NCBI GenBank assembly: GCA_039714415.1
Contig: JBDLJL010000002.1
Location: forward strand, 14,269 to 78,268
Direction: 5' to 3'
Source of the DNA: Bacteroidota bacterium
GTDB taxonomy: Bacteria; Bacteroidota; Bacteroidia; Bacteroidales; NBLH01
DNA: 64,000 bases
Below, one piece after another: positions 35,263 through 45,641 of this stretch. The notes below the pieces were generated by a model. It was not told where the DNA came from, searched no databases, and was given only the letters and a program-made list of their open reading frames with translations. The translations under genes were made by a program, and so were the position numbers. Every line of letters starts with the position of its first letter. The first letter of the stretch is position 1.

Positions 35263-36012
35263 ATGTCAGGACATAGTAAATGGTCAACCATAAAAAGGAA
35301 AAAAGGTGCAGCAGATGCCAAAAGGTCAAAAATTTTCTCAAGAATAGCCAAAGAAATAACAATTGCAGTTAAAGAGGGTGGAAGTTCCGACCCGGAAATG
35401 AACCCAAGGCTAAGAACAGCAATGAATAATGCCAAGGGTGCAAATATGCCTAAAGATGTTGTTCAACGTGCTGTTTCAAAAGCTGAATCAGGTAGTGAAA
35501 ATTATTCTGAAGTTACTTTTGAAGGAACCGGCCCTGGTGGTGTTGCGGTTTTTGTTGAATGCCTAACCGATAATAACCAAAGAACAGTAAGTAGTGTCCG
35601 TTCTATTTTTAATAAACGGGGTGGAGCCTTGGGGAAAAATGGATCTTTAAGCTATTTGTTTGACCGCAAGGGTATTTTTAATATTATTCGCAAAGACCAC
35701 GATATTGAAGAGCTGGAACTGGAACTTATTGATGCCGGTCTTGAAGAGATTGAAGATGCAGAAGACCATTTAATTTTAACCACGGTCATGGAAGATTTTG
35801 GCAATATGCAAAAGAAACTTGAGGAAATGGATATTGAAGCAGAAAGCTCTGAACTGCAAAGAATACCTAATGCTCGAAGAGAATTGGATGTTTCAACCTC
35901 ACAAAAAGCATTAAGAATGATTGAAGCCCTTGAAGAGGATGACGATGTTCAAAATGTATATCATGATCTTGAAATGACTGATGAGTTGGAAAAAGCACTT
36001 CAGGAAGAGTAA
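35263..36012 (+). CDS. yebC: YebC/PmpR family DNA-binding regulator
   Basis: MSGHSKWSTIKRKKGAADAKRSKIF is the canonical N-terminus. Confidence 0.9.
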   Translation: MSGHSKWSTIKRKKGAADAKRSKIFSRIAKEITIAVKEGGSSDPEMNPRLRTAMNNAKGANMPKDVVQRAVSKAESGSENYSEVTFEGTGPGGVAVFVECLTDNNQRTVSSVRSIFNKRGGALGKNGSLSYLFDRKGIFNIIRKDHDIEELELELIDAGLEEIEDAEDHLILTTVMEDFGNMQKKLEEMDIEAESSELQRIPNARRELDVSTSQKALRMIEALEEDDDVQNVYHDLEMTDELEKALQEE

Positions 36013-36220
36013 GTTGTTTAATTTATTTGTTATTTTACACATTTTTCGGGCTGTGCAGGCCTTAATAGCGAACTTTTTGAACTGAACACTGACAGTGTTA
36101 ATATGTAAATATGTAAAACCTTATATTTCGGATTAAAAAGGATAAGGTTTCCATTTGAAATGGGAATAAATATGTAAAAATTTGCGTTCGAAATGGTAAC
36201 TTTGTGCTTTCCTGATGAAA

Positions 36221-37210
36221 TTACTCATAAAAATTCTTCCGAAAAGCATGAAATTCCTTTCTATTTAATATCAGTCGTTTCCAAACTGCTGTTAAAAAAC
36301 CGGAACCATAGCCAAATAATTGGACAAAAGAGGCAAGAACGGATAAAAAAGCAACTTTAATTGATTTATTACTTATTAAGGAATCGACAAAAATCAATAA
36401 AATATAGAGTAGGACAGGGGTTATAAAAAAACATTTTACAAAACCAAGTAACACCATTAAAATTGCCCCAATCATAAAAGCAGATGGAAACAGATGTACA
36501 ACTTTTAATGATTTTGGATGCCGCATAAATAGATTTATCCGTGCTATGCCTGAGTTATATACCTGCTTGTAAAATTTCCTGAAATCGGTTCGGCGTTTAT
36601 GATAAACAAATGCTTCTTTAATTAATTTGGTGCTAAATCCATTTTTTAGAATTTTCAAGCTCATATCTACATCTTCACCAAAGCGCATATTAGAAAAACC
36701 CTGAGTTTGTTCATAAACTTTTCTTGAATAGCCCATGTTAAAACTGCGCGGTTTAAATTGTTCCATTTTTTCGTTACCACCTCTTATTCCGCCTGTTGTA
36801 AAAAAAGAAGTCATTGAATAGCTAATGGCTTTTTGGATAGGGGTAAAACTTTTATGGGCAGCATCAGGCCCACCGTATGCATCAACATAGTTTGTCTCAA
36901 GAGATTTGTTTACAATATCAAAGTAGTTTGGCGGTATCAGGCAGTCTGAATCAAAAAAAATAAAATAATCGAAATTGGCTTTTTCCATTCCATAGTTTCG
37001 GGCAGAAGCCGGGCCACCATTTTCTTTATAAAAATAGTTTATTTCAAAATCGCTTTTTGAATCTTTTACAATTTTATCGCATTTAAGTTTCGAACCATCT
37101 TCTACAATAATAAGCTCAAAATTTTTATTGTTTTGTAATATTAAGGTATCCAATAATTCTTCTACTTCTTCAGGGCGATTATAAACCGGTATGATAATGC
37201 TAAATTTCAA
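36221..37210 (-). CDS. Family 2 glycosyltransferase with C-terminal TM segments
   Basis: Contains FSIIIPVYNRPEEV, and FFDSDC supplies the DxD motif. Confidence 0.8.
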   Translation of the reverse strand: MKFSIIIPVYNRPEEVEELLDTLILQNNKNFELIIVEDGSKLKCDKIVKDSKSDFEINYFYKENGGPASARNYGMEKANFDYFIFFDSDCLIPPNYFDIVNKSLETNYVDAYGGPDAAHKSFTPIQKAISYSMTSFFTTGGIRGGNEKMEQFKPRSFNMGYSRKVYEQTQGFSNMRFGEDVDMSLKILKNGFSTKLIKEAFVYHKRRTDFRKFYKQVYNSGIARINLFMRHPKSLKVVHLFPSAFMIGAILMVLLGFVKCFFITPVLLYILLIFVDSLISNKSIKVAFLSVLASFVQLFGYGSGFLTAVWKRLILNRKEFHAFRKNFYE

Positions 37211-37673
37211 TTTGTATGTTTTTATTAATTATTATTTCAGCAACTTTCTTGTCAATAGGTAATGTCATATCTTCAACTTCTAAATTTTTAATTGCCTGCC
37301 ACCTAAAACTTTGGCTTTCATTTTTTGGCTTATTGAAATCAAATGATTTTTCCGACACTTTAAATTTAATTTTATCTTTAAATTTGGCAAGATAATATAT
37401 GCTAACTACCTGATATTCTTTTTTAAACTTGGCTTGTTGAAAAAAATCTGTGGTATAAAGATGATTTAATACTTCTATTTCCTGACCAAATTCTTCAATT
37501 GCTTCTCGTTTCAAACAATCAATTGTTCCTTCGCCAAACTCCATTCCGCCACCCGGAAATTTTGTCATTTTCATTCCAAATTGAAACTCATCGCTTAATA
37601 AAACCTCATTTTTTTCATTAACAATAATTGCATAAACTCTTATAGTAAATTTGTTTATGAGGTTTTCTGGCAT
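37200..37673 (-). CDS. NUDIX hydrolase
   Basis: The Nudix box is GGGMEFGEGTIDCLKREAIEEFG. Confidence 0.75.
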   Translation of the reverse strand: MPENLINKFTIRVYAIIVNEKNEVLLSDEFQFGMKMTKFPGGGMEFGEGTIDCLKREAIEEFGQEIEVLNHLYTTDFFQQAKFKKEYQVVSIYYLAKFKDKIKFKVSEKSFDFNKPKNESQSFRWQAIKNLEVEDMTLPIDKKVAEIIINKNIQIEI

Positions 37674-37677
37674 GTGT

Positions 37678-38580
37678 CTACAAATTTTTGTTTACAAAGC
37701 TAAAAATTTTTTCACTCTCATCAGGGTTAAACCAATTAATTTCTTTATCACGGTTAAACCAGCTTAATTGTCTTTTTGCGTACCTTCTACTATTTCTTTT
37801 TATTAATTCAATCGCCCTGTCTAATGAATATTCCCCTTCAAAATAGGGAAATAGTTCTTTGTAACCAACAGTATTTAATGAATTTAGGTTTTTTAAAGGA
37901 AGAAACTCCCTGGCTTCCTTAACAAGCCCATTTTCGATCATATTATCAACTCTTTGATCAATACGTTGATATAAAACACTACGTTTTATGTTTAAACCTA
38001 TTTTTAAAACAGAAAAGTCTCGTTTTTTTATGACTTTTTTCCTGAATGATGAATAGGGTTGACCAGTCATCATCGTTATTTCAAGTGCTTTGAGTAAGCG
38101 CTTATGGTTTTTTAAATCAGCAACCTCATAATAGTCCGGATCTAATTTTTTTAATTCAAAGCGTAGGCTTTCTATTCCCTCATTTTCATATTTTTCAATC
38201 AAATGGTTTCTTATTTCCATATCTATTTCAGGCAAATCGTCAATCCCCTGACAAACAGCGTCAACATACATCCCTGATCCACCTAATAAAATAAGTGGGT
38301 TTTTTACCTTGAAAAGCCTGCTTAGTAAATCAATCACTTCAAATTCAAAACTGCTGGCATTATAATAGTCATGTATTGATTTATTTCCAATAAAATGATG
38401 TTTTACCTTTTGTAATTCCTCGTTAGTTGGAACAGCAGTCCCAATTTTTAATTCGTTATAAAATTGTCTTGAATCAGCAGAAATGATTTCTGTATCAAGC
38501 TTTTGTGCGAGGTGTATTCCTAAATCAGTTTTACCAATTCCGGTTGGGCCTACAATTACTATGAGTGTGTTTTTTGTCAT
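37678..38580 (-). CDS. miaA: tRNA dimethylallyltransferase
   Basis: The P-loop is VIVGPTGIGKT, and SADSRQFY and RRYAKRQLSWF are present. Confidence 0.9.
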   Translation of the reverse strand: MTKNTLIVIVGPTGIGKTDLGIHLAQKLDTEIISADSRQFYNELKIGTAVPTNEELQKVKHHFIGNKSIHDYYNASSFEFEVIDLLSRLFKVKNPLILLGGSGMYVDAVCQGIDDLPEIDMEIRNHLIEKYENEGIESLRFELKKLDPDYYEVADLKNHKRLLKALEITMMTGQPYSSFRKKVIKKRDFSVLKIGLNIKRSVLYQRIDQRVDNMIENGLVKEAREFLPLKNLNSLNTVGYKELFPYFEGEYSLDRAIELIKRNSRRYAKRQLSWFNRDKEINWFNPDESEKIFSFVNKNL

Positions 38581-38653
38581 TCCTTGATTTTTTGTTCTGG
38601 GTTTTAATCTACAAACCCGCTACTCGTAACACGTAACCCGAAACATGTTTTGT

Positions 38654-39718
38654 TTACAATTTCAATAGAAATTCAAGAGTATCCACATTATCTGCATAAT
38701 CCCAAAGCTGTGGTTTTTGAGCTTCACCAAATCCTACTTGGTTTGGTAAATCTTTTTCATTGCTAACAACGCATTGAATATTATCCTGGTCAATTTCCAA
38801 TCGTTCTTTTACCGATTTTAATTTAGCATATCTTTCATAAAAAACTACAGAAATTGGCGACGACATTCCTATATCTTCTTTTAAAATCATGAAACCATTC
38901 TCAAGGAAATCAATTTTATTCATTAGATAAATAGATCGGTTGTAGGTGTAGTTATTTGCATATTTATTATGGTTAATGATATCTTTATAATGATACATCG
39001 CTTTGAAAAAACGGTCAATATCAAATTTGTCAGGTATATATAATTTTGATACATTTCGGCAACCTAATCCAAAATAAAGAAAAATATCTTCTGCTAATTG
39101 ATTTAATTCCTCTGCACTTTCATTTCCGGTAATGACTGCAACAGAATTTCTGTTTTTCCTTATTATATTTGGATATTTTCCAAAATAGTATTCAAAATAA
39201 CGTGAAGAATTTGTGCTACCGGTTGCAATAACAGCATCAAAATTTGTTAAACGATCTTCAGTAAATTGGACAAAATTTTTAAACTCCGGTTCAATATTTA
39301 TTAATAATTCAACAACACCTTTAATTAATAAATCATCTTTGCTGGATTGTTTAATGATCGCTTTATGTCCTGAAACTAAGGTGCTTAATAAATCATGGAA
39401 CCCAACAAGAGGAATATTTCCTGCCATTATTATTGCAACATTCTTACTTGTTTTATAGCTTTCTATATCAGCGTATTTGTTTAGCCATTTTTTTGTGTTT
39501 TTTTCAGTCAAACTTTCTGCAATTGCATTAATTGCATAATTCAGGTTTGTTGTCGTAAACCATTCATTTGTGTCAGAAGCCTGCTGAATAACATTTTTGA
39601 AATTATTGACAGATTCCTGTTTTTGATCTTTTTTTAACGAAAGCTTAAGTTGCTTCCCTAGTTCAGTAAATGCGATAATTCTATTAATTAAGCTCATTTT
39701 TGATAAAATTTTGCACAA
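38654..39718 (-). CDS. LuxC-like acyl-CoA reductase family protein
   Basis: Colinear with Bacteroidota acyl-CoA reductase annotations as I recall them (RIIAFTELG ... NEWFT ... KWLNKY). Confidence 0.55.
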   Translation of the reverse strand: MCKILSKMSLINRIIAFTELGKQLKLSLKKDQKQESVNNFKNVIQQASDTNEWFTTTNLNYAINAIAESLTEKNTKKWLNKYADIESYKTSKNVAIIMAGNIPLVGFHDLLSTLVSGHKAIIKQSSKDDLLIKGVVELLINIEPEFKNFVQFTEDRLTNFDAVIATGSTNSSRYFEYYFGKYPNIIRKNRNSVAVITGNESAEELNQLAEDIFLYFGLGCRNVSKLYIPDKFDIDRFFKAMYHYKDIINHNKYANNYTYNRSIYLMNKIDFLENGFMILKEDIGMSSPISVVFYERYAKLKSVKERLEIDQDNIQCVVSNEKDLPNQVGFGEAQKPQLWDYADNVDTLEFLLKL

Positions 39719-39750
39719 AGGTTATATTATTCACATCAATTCACAAATTT

Positions 39751-39782
39751 CTTGACCGTTTAATTTTAAAGTCGTACTTTTG
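39751..39782 (+). promoter_or_regulatory. Bacteroidota-type sigmaA promoter for gap (TTG ... TACTTTTG)
   Basis: TACTTTTG at 39775-39782 fits TAnnTTTG. A TTG lies 20 nt upstream, and the box is about 43 nt before the ATG. Confidence 0.45.
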
Positions 39783-39824
39783 TATCCGTTTTTGAAAAAT
39801 TTTATTCATTAAATATATATTATT

Positions 39825-40832
39825 ATGTCAAAAATCAAAGTAGGAATTAACGGATTTGGGCGAATCGGAAGAAACGTTTTCAAAATTATTTTGGAAAACA
39901 CCAATTACGAAATTGTTGGTATCAATGATTTAACTAGCAATAAAGTACTTGCCCATTTATTAAAATATGATTCAACCCAAGGAAAATTCAACGGAACTGT
40001 TGATTTTGATGATCAGGGTATCATTGTTGACGGAAAAAAAATTGTAGTTAGCGAGGAAAGAAATCCTGCTAATATCCCATGGGGTGGTGGTACACCTGAT
40101 GTTGTAATAGAAGCTACTGGTGTTTTTACTAAGAGAGAAAGCGAAAGAGGCGGATATGGTGATCACCTTAAAAATGGAGCGAAAAAAGTTATTTTAACTG
40201 TACCTGCAAAGGATCAGATTGATAACATGATTGTTCTTGGTGTTAATGATGGCGATTTAAAAGCTGAAGATACTTGTGTTTCAAATGCTTCTTGTACTAC
40301 TAACTGTTTGGCACCTGTTGCTAAAGTACTAAATGATAATTTTGGTATTGAAAACGGTTTAATGAATACTATTCACTCATATACTAATGACCAGGTTATT
40401 TTAGATGGCCCCCACAGTGATTTACGTAGAGCTCGTTCTGCAGCGGTCTCGATGATTCCAACTACTACTGGAGCTGCAAAAGCTGTAGGTAAAGTAATCC
40501 CTGCATTAAGTGGTAAACTTGATGGTATGGCAACCAGGGTTCCTACTCCAACCGGTTCATTGGTTGATTTAGTGGTAAATTTGAAAAAAGAAACTACCGT
40601 TGAAGAAATTAATGCTGCGATTAAAAAGGCTGCTGATGGATCAATGAAAGGTATACTTGAATATTGTGTAGACCCAATTGTATCAGTTGACGTAATCCAT
40701 AATTCGCATTCATCAATTTTTGATGCTGGGAGTACTATGGTAATTGGTAAAACAGTTAAGGTATTATCTTGGTATGATAATGAGTGGGGTTATTCATTCA
40801 GAGTTGTTGATTTAATTGGAAAGTTATTCTAA
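39825..40832 (+). CDS. gap: Type I glyceraldehyde-3-phosphate dehydrogenase
   Basis: INGFGRIGR, the SNASCTTNCLAP active site and WYDNEWGYS are present. Confidence 0.95.
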   Translation: MSKIKVGINGFGRIGRNVFKIILENTNYEIVGINDLTSNKVLAHLLKYDSTQGKFNGTVDFDDQGIIVDGKKIVVSEERNPANIPWGGGTPDVVIEATGVFTKRESERGGYGDHLKNGAKKVILTVPAKDQIDNMIVLGVNDGDLKAEDTCVSNASCTTNCLAPVAKVLNDNFGIENGLMNTIHSYTNDQVILDGPHSDLRRARSAAVSMIPTTTGAAKAVGKVIPALSGKLDGMATRVPTPTGSLVDLVVNLKKETTVEEINAAIKKAADGSMKGILEYCVDPIVSVDVIHNSHSSIFDAGSTMVIGKTVKVLSWYDNEWGYSFRVVDLIGKLF

Positions 40833-40853
40833 TAAATAGAGTAATGCAATAAT

Positions 40854-40883
40854 AAAAAAAACCGGCTTTAGCCGGTTTTTTTA
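40854..40883. terminator. Bidirectional intrinsic terminator between gap and the convergent gene
   Basis: An A run, then ACCGGC-ttta-GCCGGT, then a T run. Confidence 0.7.
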
Positions 40884-41552
40884 TTCCATATCATTTATCA
40901 TCTTATCAATTTCATCCTTAAATGCAAGGGCATTATCATGTTCTGAACCATCACCTTCGTCAGAAAACTGAGTGTTTAATTTTTCCAATTGGTTAAAATA
41001 TTCTTCTTTTAACTCAATATCTTCTTTAATATTTTCAAGATTATAGTTGTCAGTCATAGCTTCAGAAAGTGTCTCAGTTGAATTGTCATCTAGAGATTTT
41101 AAACGTTCAGTATGAGCTTTCATTTTATCTGTTTGTTCTCCTTTTTCATTTGCAATTATTAACTTCTCCTTTGTTTTTATATATTCAGATTCTATTTTGG
41201 TGAATAATTTAAGTTTTGATTCTCTTAATTGAATCTGATTAAGATAAGCATTTACAATATTGTCACATTTCTCAACCATGTCTGATTCCATTTTTTCAGA
41301 ATATTTCTTTTTTATTTCTTCATATTCCTCAAGTGCTGTTTCTGCATATTGTTTTCTATAATATGTTAAATTAGCGTTTGGAAAAAACTCGGCATAAGCA
41401 TCAATGATAGCCGTTGCTGCCCATTCTTTGATATCGTGAATTTCCTTTTCAGCCAATCGCTTATCTTGCTTGGCTTTTTGTAAAGCGATACTTACCCTTT
41501 CTTCAAGAGATATTTCCTCGCTTTTTCTACTTTTAAATATATTCCAACCCAT
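40881..41552 (-). CDS. Hypothetical coiled-coil-rich acidic protein
   Basis: 223-aa ORF with heptad-like E/K-rich sequence and no catalytic motif. Confidence 0.4.
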   Translation of the reverse strand: MGWNIFKSRKSEEISLEERVSIALQKAKQDKRLAEKEIHDIKEWAATAIIDAYAEFFPNANLTYYRKQYAETALEEYEEIKKKYSEKMESDMVEKCDNIVNAYLNQIQLRESKLKLFTKIESEYIKTKEKLIIANEKGEQTDKMKAHTERLKSLDDNSTETLSEAMTDNYNLENIKEDIELKEEYFNQLEKLNTQFSDEGDGSEHDNALAFKDEIDKMINDME

Positions 41553-41656
41553 AATTAACCATAATTATAAAAACTAAAAGTAACAATTAATCTTCATTCA
41601 GGTATATCAGATTTGATTAAACCAGCTTTTTTTTTTGATTAATAAAGCTGTTTTGG

Positions 41657-42406
41657 TTATGAGTTATTCATAAAACCCTGCTCATTAATAACATCTAAAA
41701 AGCTTTTTGAAAAATGTATATTATCTCTTTTAGTATATCTCTTTTCGGTAAATACCTGGGCTAGATTTTCTGTCTGGTTAATTTCTATTAACTCTTTGGT
41801 TAAAGGCAACTCCTCTTTTTCTTTATATATTTCATTAATTTTTTCATCATTAAAATCATTATATTTTTCATAATGAACGACACCTTCAATAGGAAGACGA
41901 TCCGTTAAACCAGGGGTTTCATCAGGGTAGCCAATAACTAAAGTAGTAACAGGTACAACATTTTTGGGAATATCTAATATGTTTATTATTTTATCAGCCA
42001 TATAAGTTGTTGTACCAAGATAGCAAATTCCCAAACCATGGCTTTCAGCGGCTACAGCAACATTTTGTGCAGCAATCAAAGCATCTATTGATGCCGTGTA
42101 AAAAGAAAGAAAGTTATCGTAGCCTGGTTCAGCGTTTCTTAACTTACACCATTTATTAAAACGATTAAAATCTGCACAAAATGTTAATATTAAAGGTGCC
42201 TGTTTTACCATATCCTGTTTAAAATGAACTTCCCATAACTGGTTTTTAATTGCTTCTTCACGAGTAACAATTATACTATAAACCTGCATATTCCCAGTTG
42301 TTGAGGCTTTTGTTCCAGCTAATAGAATTTCATCAAGAGTTTGTTTATCTACAGACTTATTACTATATTTTCTTATTGTTCGGTGGTTGAGGATTGTTTG
42401 TATCAT
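41657..42406 (-). CDS. NfsA-like NADPH-dependent nitroreductase family oxidoreductase
   Basis: LNHRTIRKYSNKSV and ASTTGNMQVYSIIV are present. Confidence 0.75.
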   Translation of the reverse strand: MIQTILNHRTIRKYSNKSVDKQTLDEILLAGTKASTTGNMQVYSIIVTREEAIKNQLWEVHFKQDMVKQAPLILTFCADFNRFNKWCKLRNAEPGYDNFLSFYTASIDALIAAQNVAVAAESHGLGICYLGTTTYMADKIINILDIPKNVVPVTTLVIGYPDETPGLTDRLPIEGVVHYEKYNDFNDEKINEIYKEKEELPLTKELIEINQTENLAQVFTEKRYTKRDNIHFSKSFLDVINEQGFMNNS

Positions 42407-42664
42407 ATGGAAATATTTATAATTTTACGCAATATTATAAAACGATATTGTATTTTTAAAGGTATTTTAACATTAAAAAACATTTGATGTGCAATAAAAT
42501 TGGTCTTAATATTGTTAGATAAACAAATATAATTAAGACTTGTTTGTTTAAATTAAAATTTTTTGTATGAAATAAGCATAATATAAATAATTATTAAAAG
42601 AAATTAAAAATAATTTTTAACTTGCAGTTTTATACAACCATTAAATCAATTTAAAAAATTTCGT

Positions 42665-42799
42665 ATGAAAAAGAAGGTATTATTAGTGGTATTAGTTGTT
42701 GGGTTCATTGCTGTTTTAAGTTCTTGTAAAGGGTATCGTCATGCGACTCCATGTCCAGCTTATACTATGGAACAACCAGCAACAAACCCTCAAGCCTAA
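42665..42799 (+). CDS. Candidate 44-aa small lipoprotein (below the ORF-track cut-off)
   Basis: Translation is MKKKVLLVVLVVGFIAVLSSCKGYRHATPCPAYTMEQPATNPQA. It has a classic lipobox (LSSC) and an A-rich leader. Confidence 0.35.
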   Translation: MKKKVLLVVLVVGFIAVLSSCKGYRHATPCPAYTMEQPATNPQA

Positions 42800-43023
42800 A
42801 TTAAGCATAAGACAAACTTCTTTAATTACTCCTCATTATATAGATAGGGGATTTCTATCAATATTGAAGTTCAAATCCTTTCGCTACTGCGGAAGCATAA
42901 AATATTTTAGAACCCCGGTCCATCGACTGGTGGATGAGAACATTGCATAGTAAACTTATGAATTCCATCAAAAAGTTTAAAGAGTAGGAATAATTTAAAA
43001 TTTTGCAATAGGGTTGAAATTCG

Positions 43024-43836
43024 TTGCCACCTAAAGTCGGACAAGTTTTTAGAAGTTACCAAAATATTAAATTTGTTTTTGTTGAAGTGAAAAAAAGTAT
43101 AGCACTATATCTATTTATTTTGTTTTTTTCTTTTCAATCATTTGCTCAGGGTGAAATTGATGATGAAAAGAAAATTTTTTTCAGAAATGAAAAAACCTGG
43201 GGGTTTTTTATATTTTCAAATGGTTGGGGTGGAAATTACCGTTATGGAAGGAGAATAAATGCTTTCAGGAAATTTATTTGGGAAATTGATTTAAATTATA
43301 TCAGGCATCCAAAGGAAATTAAGCTTACTATAGACCCGTATAGTGCTTCAAGTTTTGTCTATGGAAAAATGAACGTGCCCATAGAATTGCGTGGTTCTGT
43401 TGGATTTCAAAGAGAACTTTTCAGGAAAATTGATAAAGGCGGAGTTTCTGTTAGGTTTGTTTATAACGCAGGACCAACAATTGTATTATTGAAACCTATT
43501 TATTACGAGGTGACAGATACCAGTGGTTATATTAATATTGAAAAGTTTAGTCAGGGAGTCAATATCTACGGACGAGCATCCTTTTTTAAAGGCTTTTCTG
43601 AAATAAAAATAGATCCGGGTATTTTTTTAAAGGCAGCTTTTAATTTTGAGTTTAGTAAAAAAGACAATAAGGTAAAGGCTTTGGAAGTGGGTGTTACTGC
43701 GAGTGCTTTTTTGAATGAAGTGGAAATAATGGCAGCACAAAATTCCCGTTACCTTTTAAATATATTTATAAGCTATCGTTTTGGTCAAATTATACGTGGT
43801 GCACATATGGAAAATGTGGAAATGACTGAACAATAG
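43024..43836 (+). CDS. Hypothetical secreted, possibly outer-membrane protein (alternative GTG start at 43087)
   Basis: A signal peptide appears after VKKSIALYLFILFFSFQSFAQG, and the sequence is beta-rich. Confidence 0.4.
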   Translation: MPPKVGQVFRSYQNIKFVFVEVKKSIALYLFILFFSFQSFAQGEIDDEKKIFFRNEKTWGFFIFSNGWGGNYRYGRRINAFRKFIWEIDLNYIRHPKEIKLTIDPYSASSFVYGKMNVPIELRGSVGFQRELFRKIDKGGVSVRFVYNAGPTIVLLKPIYYEVTDTSGYINIEKFSQGVNIYGRASFFKGFSEIKIDPGIFLKAAFNFEFSKKDNKVKALEVGVTASAFLNEVEIMAAQNSRYLLNIFISYRFGQIIRGAHMENVEMTEQ

Positions 43837-43860
43837 AATAAATGGTATCCTGATATAATA

Positions 43861-43894
43861 AAAAAACTGTCCGGTTGTCGAACAGTTTTTTTTT
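43861..43894. terminator. Bidirectional terminator-like hairpin between convergent genes
   Basis: AAAAAACTGT ... ACAGTTTTTTTTT. Confidence 0.5.
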
Positions 43895-43910
43895 GCAAAA
43901 TACCATCCTG

Positions 43911-45404
43911 TTATTTAAATTTAAACCAATGTGTAAAATCATCAGGGGTTTTACGGTGAAATTCTTTGTGAAACCACTCATTTATTTTTCGATCTAAGTA
44001 GTAGTCTTTAATCCAATCTTCGTGTTTAATTATCACCTCCTTAATTGCATTGATTACATACATTAGTTCTTCATCTGTCATGGATGGATGTATGGAAACA
44101 CGTACCCAACCTGGTTTATTGCTGGCATCACCAGAATCTAATTGTGAAGTAATTTTTGCAGACATTTCTCTAGTTACATCCAGGAGAAAATGTCCATATG
44201 TTCCGGCACAAGAACAACCGCCTCTGACTTGTATACCATAACGGTCGTTTAGTAATTTTACCATTAGATTGTGGTGAACATTTGTATGGTAAAATGAAAT
44301 TACACCTATCCTTTCTTTGTGTTCGCCACTTAATATATGTAATCCGGGAATTTTTTCTATTTCAGAAAATGCCTTTGCTAAAAGTTCTTTTTCACGTATT
44401 TGAATATTGTTGGTACCGATTTGCTCTTTTAACTGTATAACCAAAGCAGCTCTAATTGTTTGTATGAATCCCGGGGTTCCGCCATCTTCCCTTGTTTCAA
44501 TATCGTCAATATAGCGTTTCTGTCCCCATCGGTCAGTCCATTCTACTGTACCGCCGCCTGGTTGGTCTGGCACTTCATTTTTATAAAGATTTTTGTTAAA
44601 AACTAATATTCCGGCACTTCCCGGACCACCTAAGAATTTATGTGGTGAGAAGAAAATAGCATCTAAAGCTGCTTCCGGGTCTTCCGGGTGCATATCAATA
44701 TCAACATAAGGTGCTGATGCTGCAAAATCTATAAAGGCGTATCCGCCATGGCGATGCATAATTTTAGCTAATTCGTAGTAGGGTGGTTCAATCCCTGTGA
44801 CATTCGAAGCAGCAGAAAATGCTCCATATAAATATTTCCTGGTTTTATACTTTTCAAGTGCTTTTTCTAAATTTTTCGGATTAACCATTAAGTTTTCACC
44901 TGGCTCAATTACAACCACTTCTGCAATGGTTTCTAACCACGCAGTATGGTTTGAGTGGTGCTCCATGTGGGTAACAAATACCACAGGACAACACTCTTCT
45001 GGAATTTCTTTGATTGATTCCGGATTTTTAAGGTACTCTTTGATTTGTTCTGGTATTTTTAATCCTAAAATACGCATGAATTTGTTCACAGCAGATGTCA
45101 TACCTTGTCCAAGTGTTAGAAGTACATCATCTTCATTAGCATTCACGTGTTTTTTAATTAATTGTTGGGCTTTGTGGTAGGCATGTGTCATGGCTACGCC
45201 TGTTTCACTTGCTTCTGAGTGTGTATTGCCAACCAGGGGACCAAAAACATTTTTAATTTTATCTTCAATTGGACCATACAGCCTTCCGCTGGCAATCCAG
45301 TCTGCATAAACTAAGTTTTGAGTTCCATAAGGTGATTCAAAAGTGGCGTCAATACCAACAATATTTTTTCTAATCTTTTCAAAATGTTTTTCTAATGATT
45401 CCAT
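43911..45404 (-). CDS. Class V PLP-dependent aminotransferase / cysteine desulfurase-like enzyme
   Basis: The lysine motif FSPHKFLGGPGSAGILV and the SNVTG motif are present. Confidence 0.7.
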   Translation of the reverse strand: MESLEKHFEKIRKNIVGIDATFESPYGTQNLVYADWIASGRLYGPIEDKIKNVFGPLVGNTHSEASETGVAMTHAYHKAQQLIKKHVNANEDDVLLTLGQGMTSAVNKFMRILGLKIPEQIKEYLKNPESIKEIPEECCPVVFVTHMEHHSNHTAWLETIAEVVVIEPGENLMVNPKNLEKALEKYKTRKYLYGAFSAASNVTGIEPPYYELAKIMHRHGGYAFIDFAASAPYVDIDMHPEDPEAALDAIFFSPHKFLGGPGSAGILVFNKNLYKNEVPDQPGGGTVEWTDRWGQKRYIDDIETREDGGTPGFIQTIRAALVIQLKEQIGTNNIQIREKELLAKAFSEIEKIPGLHILSGEHKERIGVISFYHTNVHHNLMVKLLNDRYGIQVRGGCSCAGTYGHFLLDVTREMSAKITSQLDSGDASNKPGWVRVSIHPSMTDEELMYVINAIKEVIIKHEDWIKDYYLDRKINEWFHKEFHRKTPDDFTHWFKFK

Positions 45405-45641
45405 AACTTAGTAATTGGTAATTAGATGATTAGTAATTATATAAAATTAATCCCGGCTCAGGTTTAAATATTCTGTGATACATATTTTCTAGTATTTTAC
45501 ATTAAATATCAAGTAATTAGAAATTGGTAATTAAAAATGAATGTTGCTTTTATTTAAATGCTAATTACCAGTATACTAATTACTTGCTAAATATGGACAA
45601 GGTGATTTTTTAAAATATCCCAGACAATCTAAACTAGAGCG

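Noticed and set aside
42855-42890. tRNA-like fragment (GTTCAAATCC...GCTACTGCGGAAGC) that might mark an att site
   Set aside because: No T stem pairs correctly, and there is no full cloverleaf or acceptor stem. The resemblance to CTTCCGCAGAAGCGGAGG at 9450 is short. It is too weak to call.
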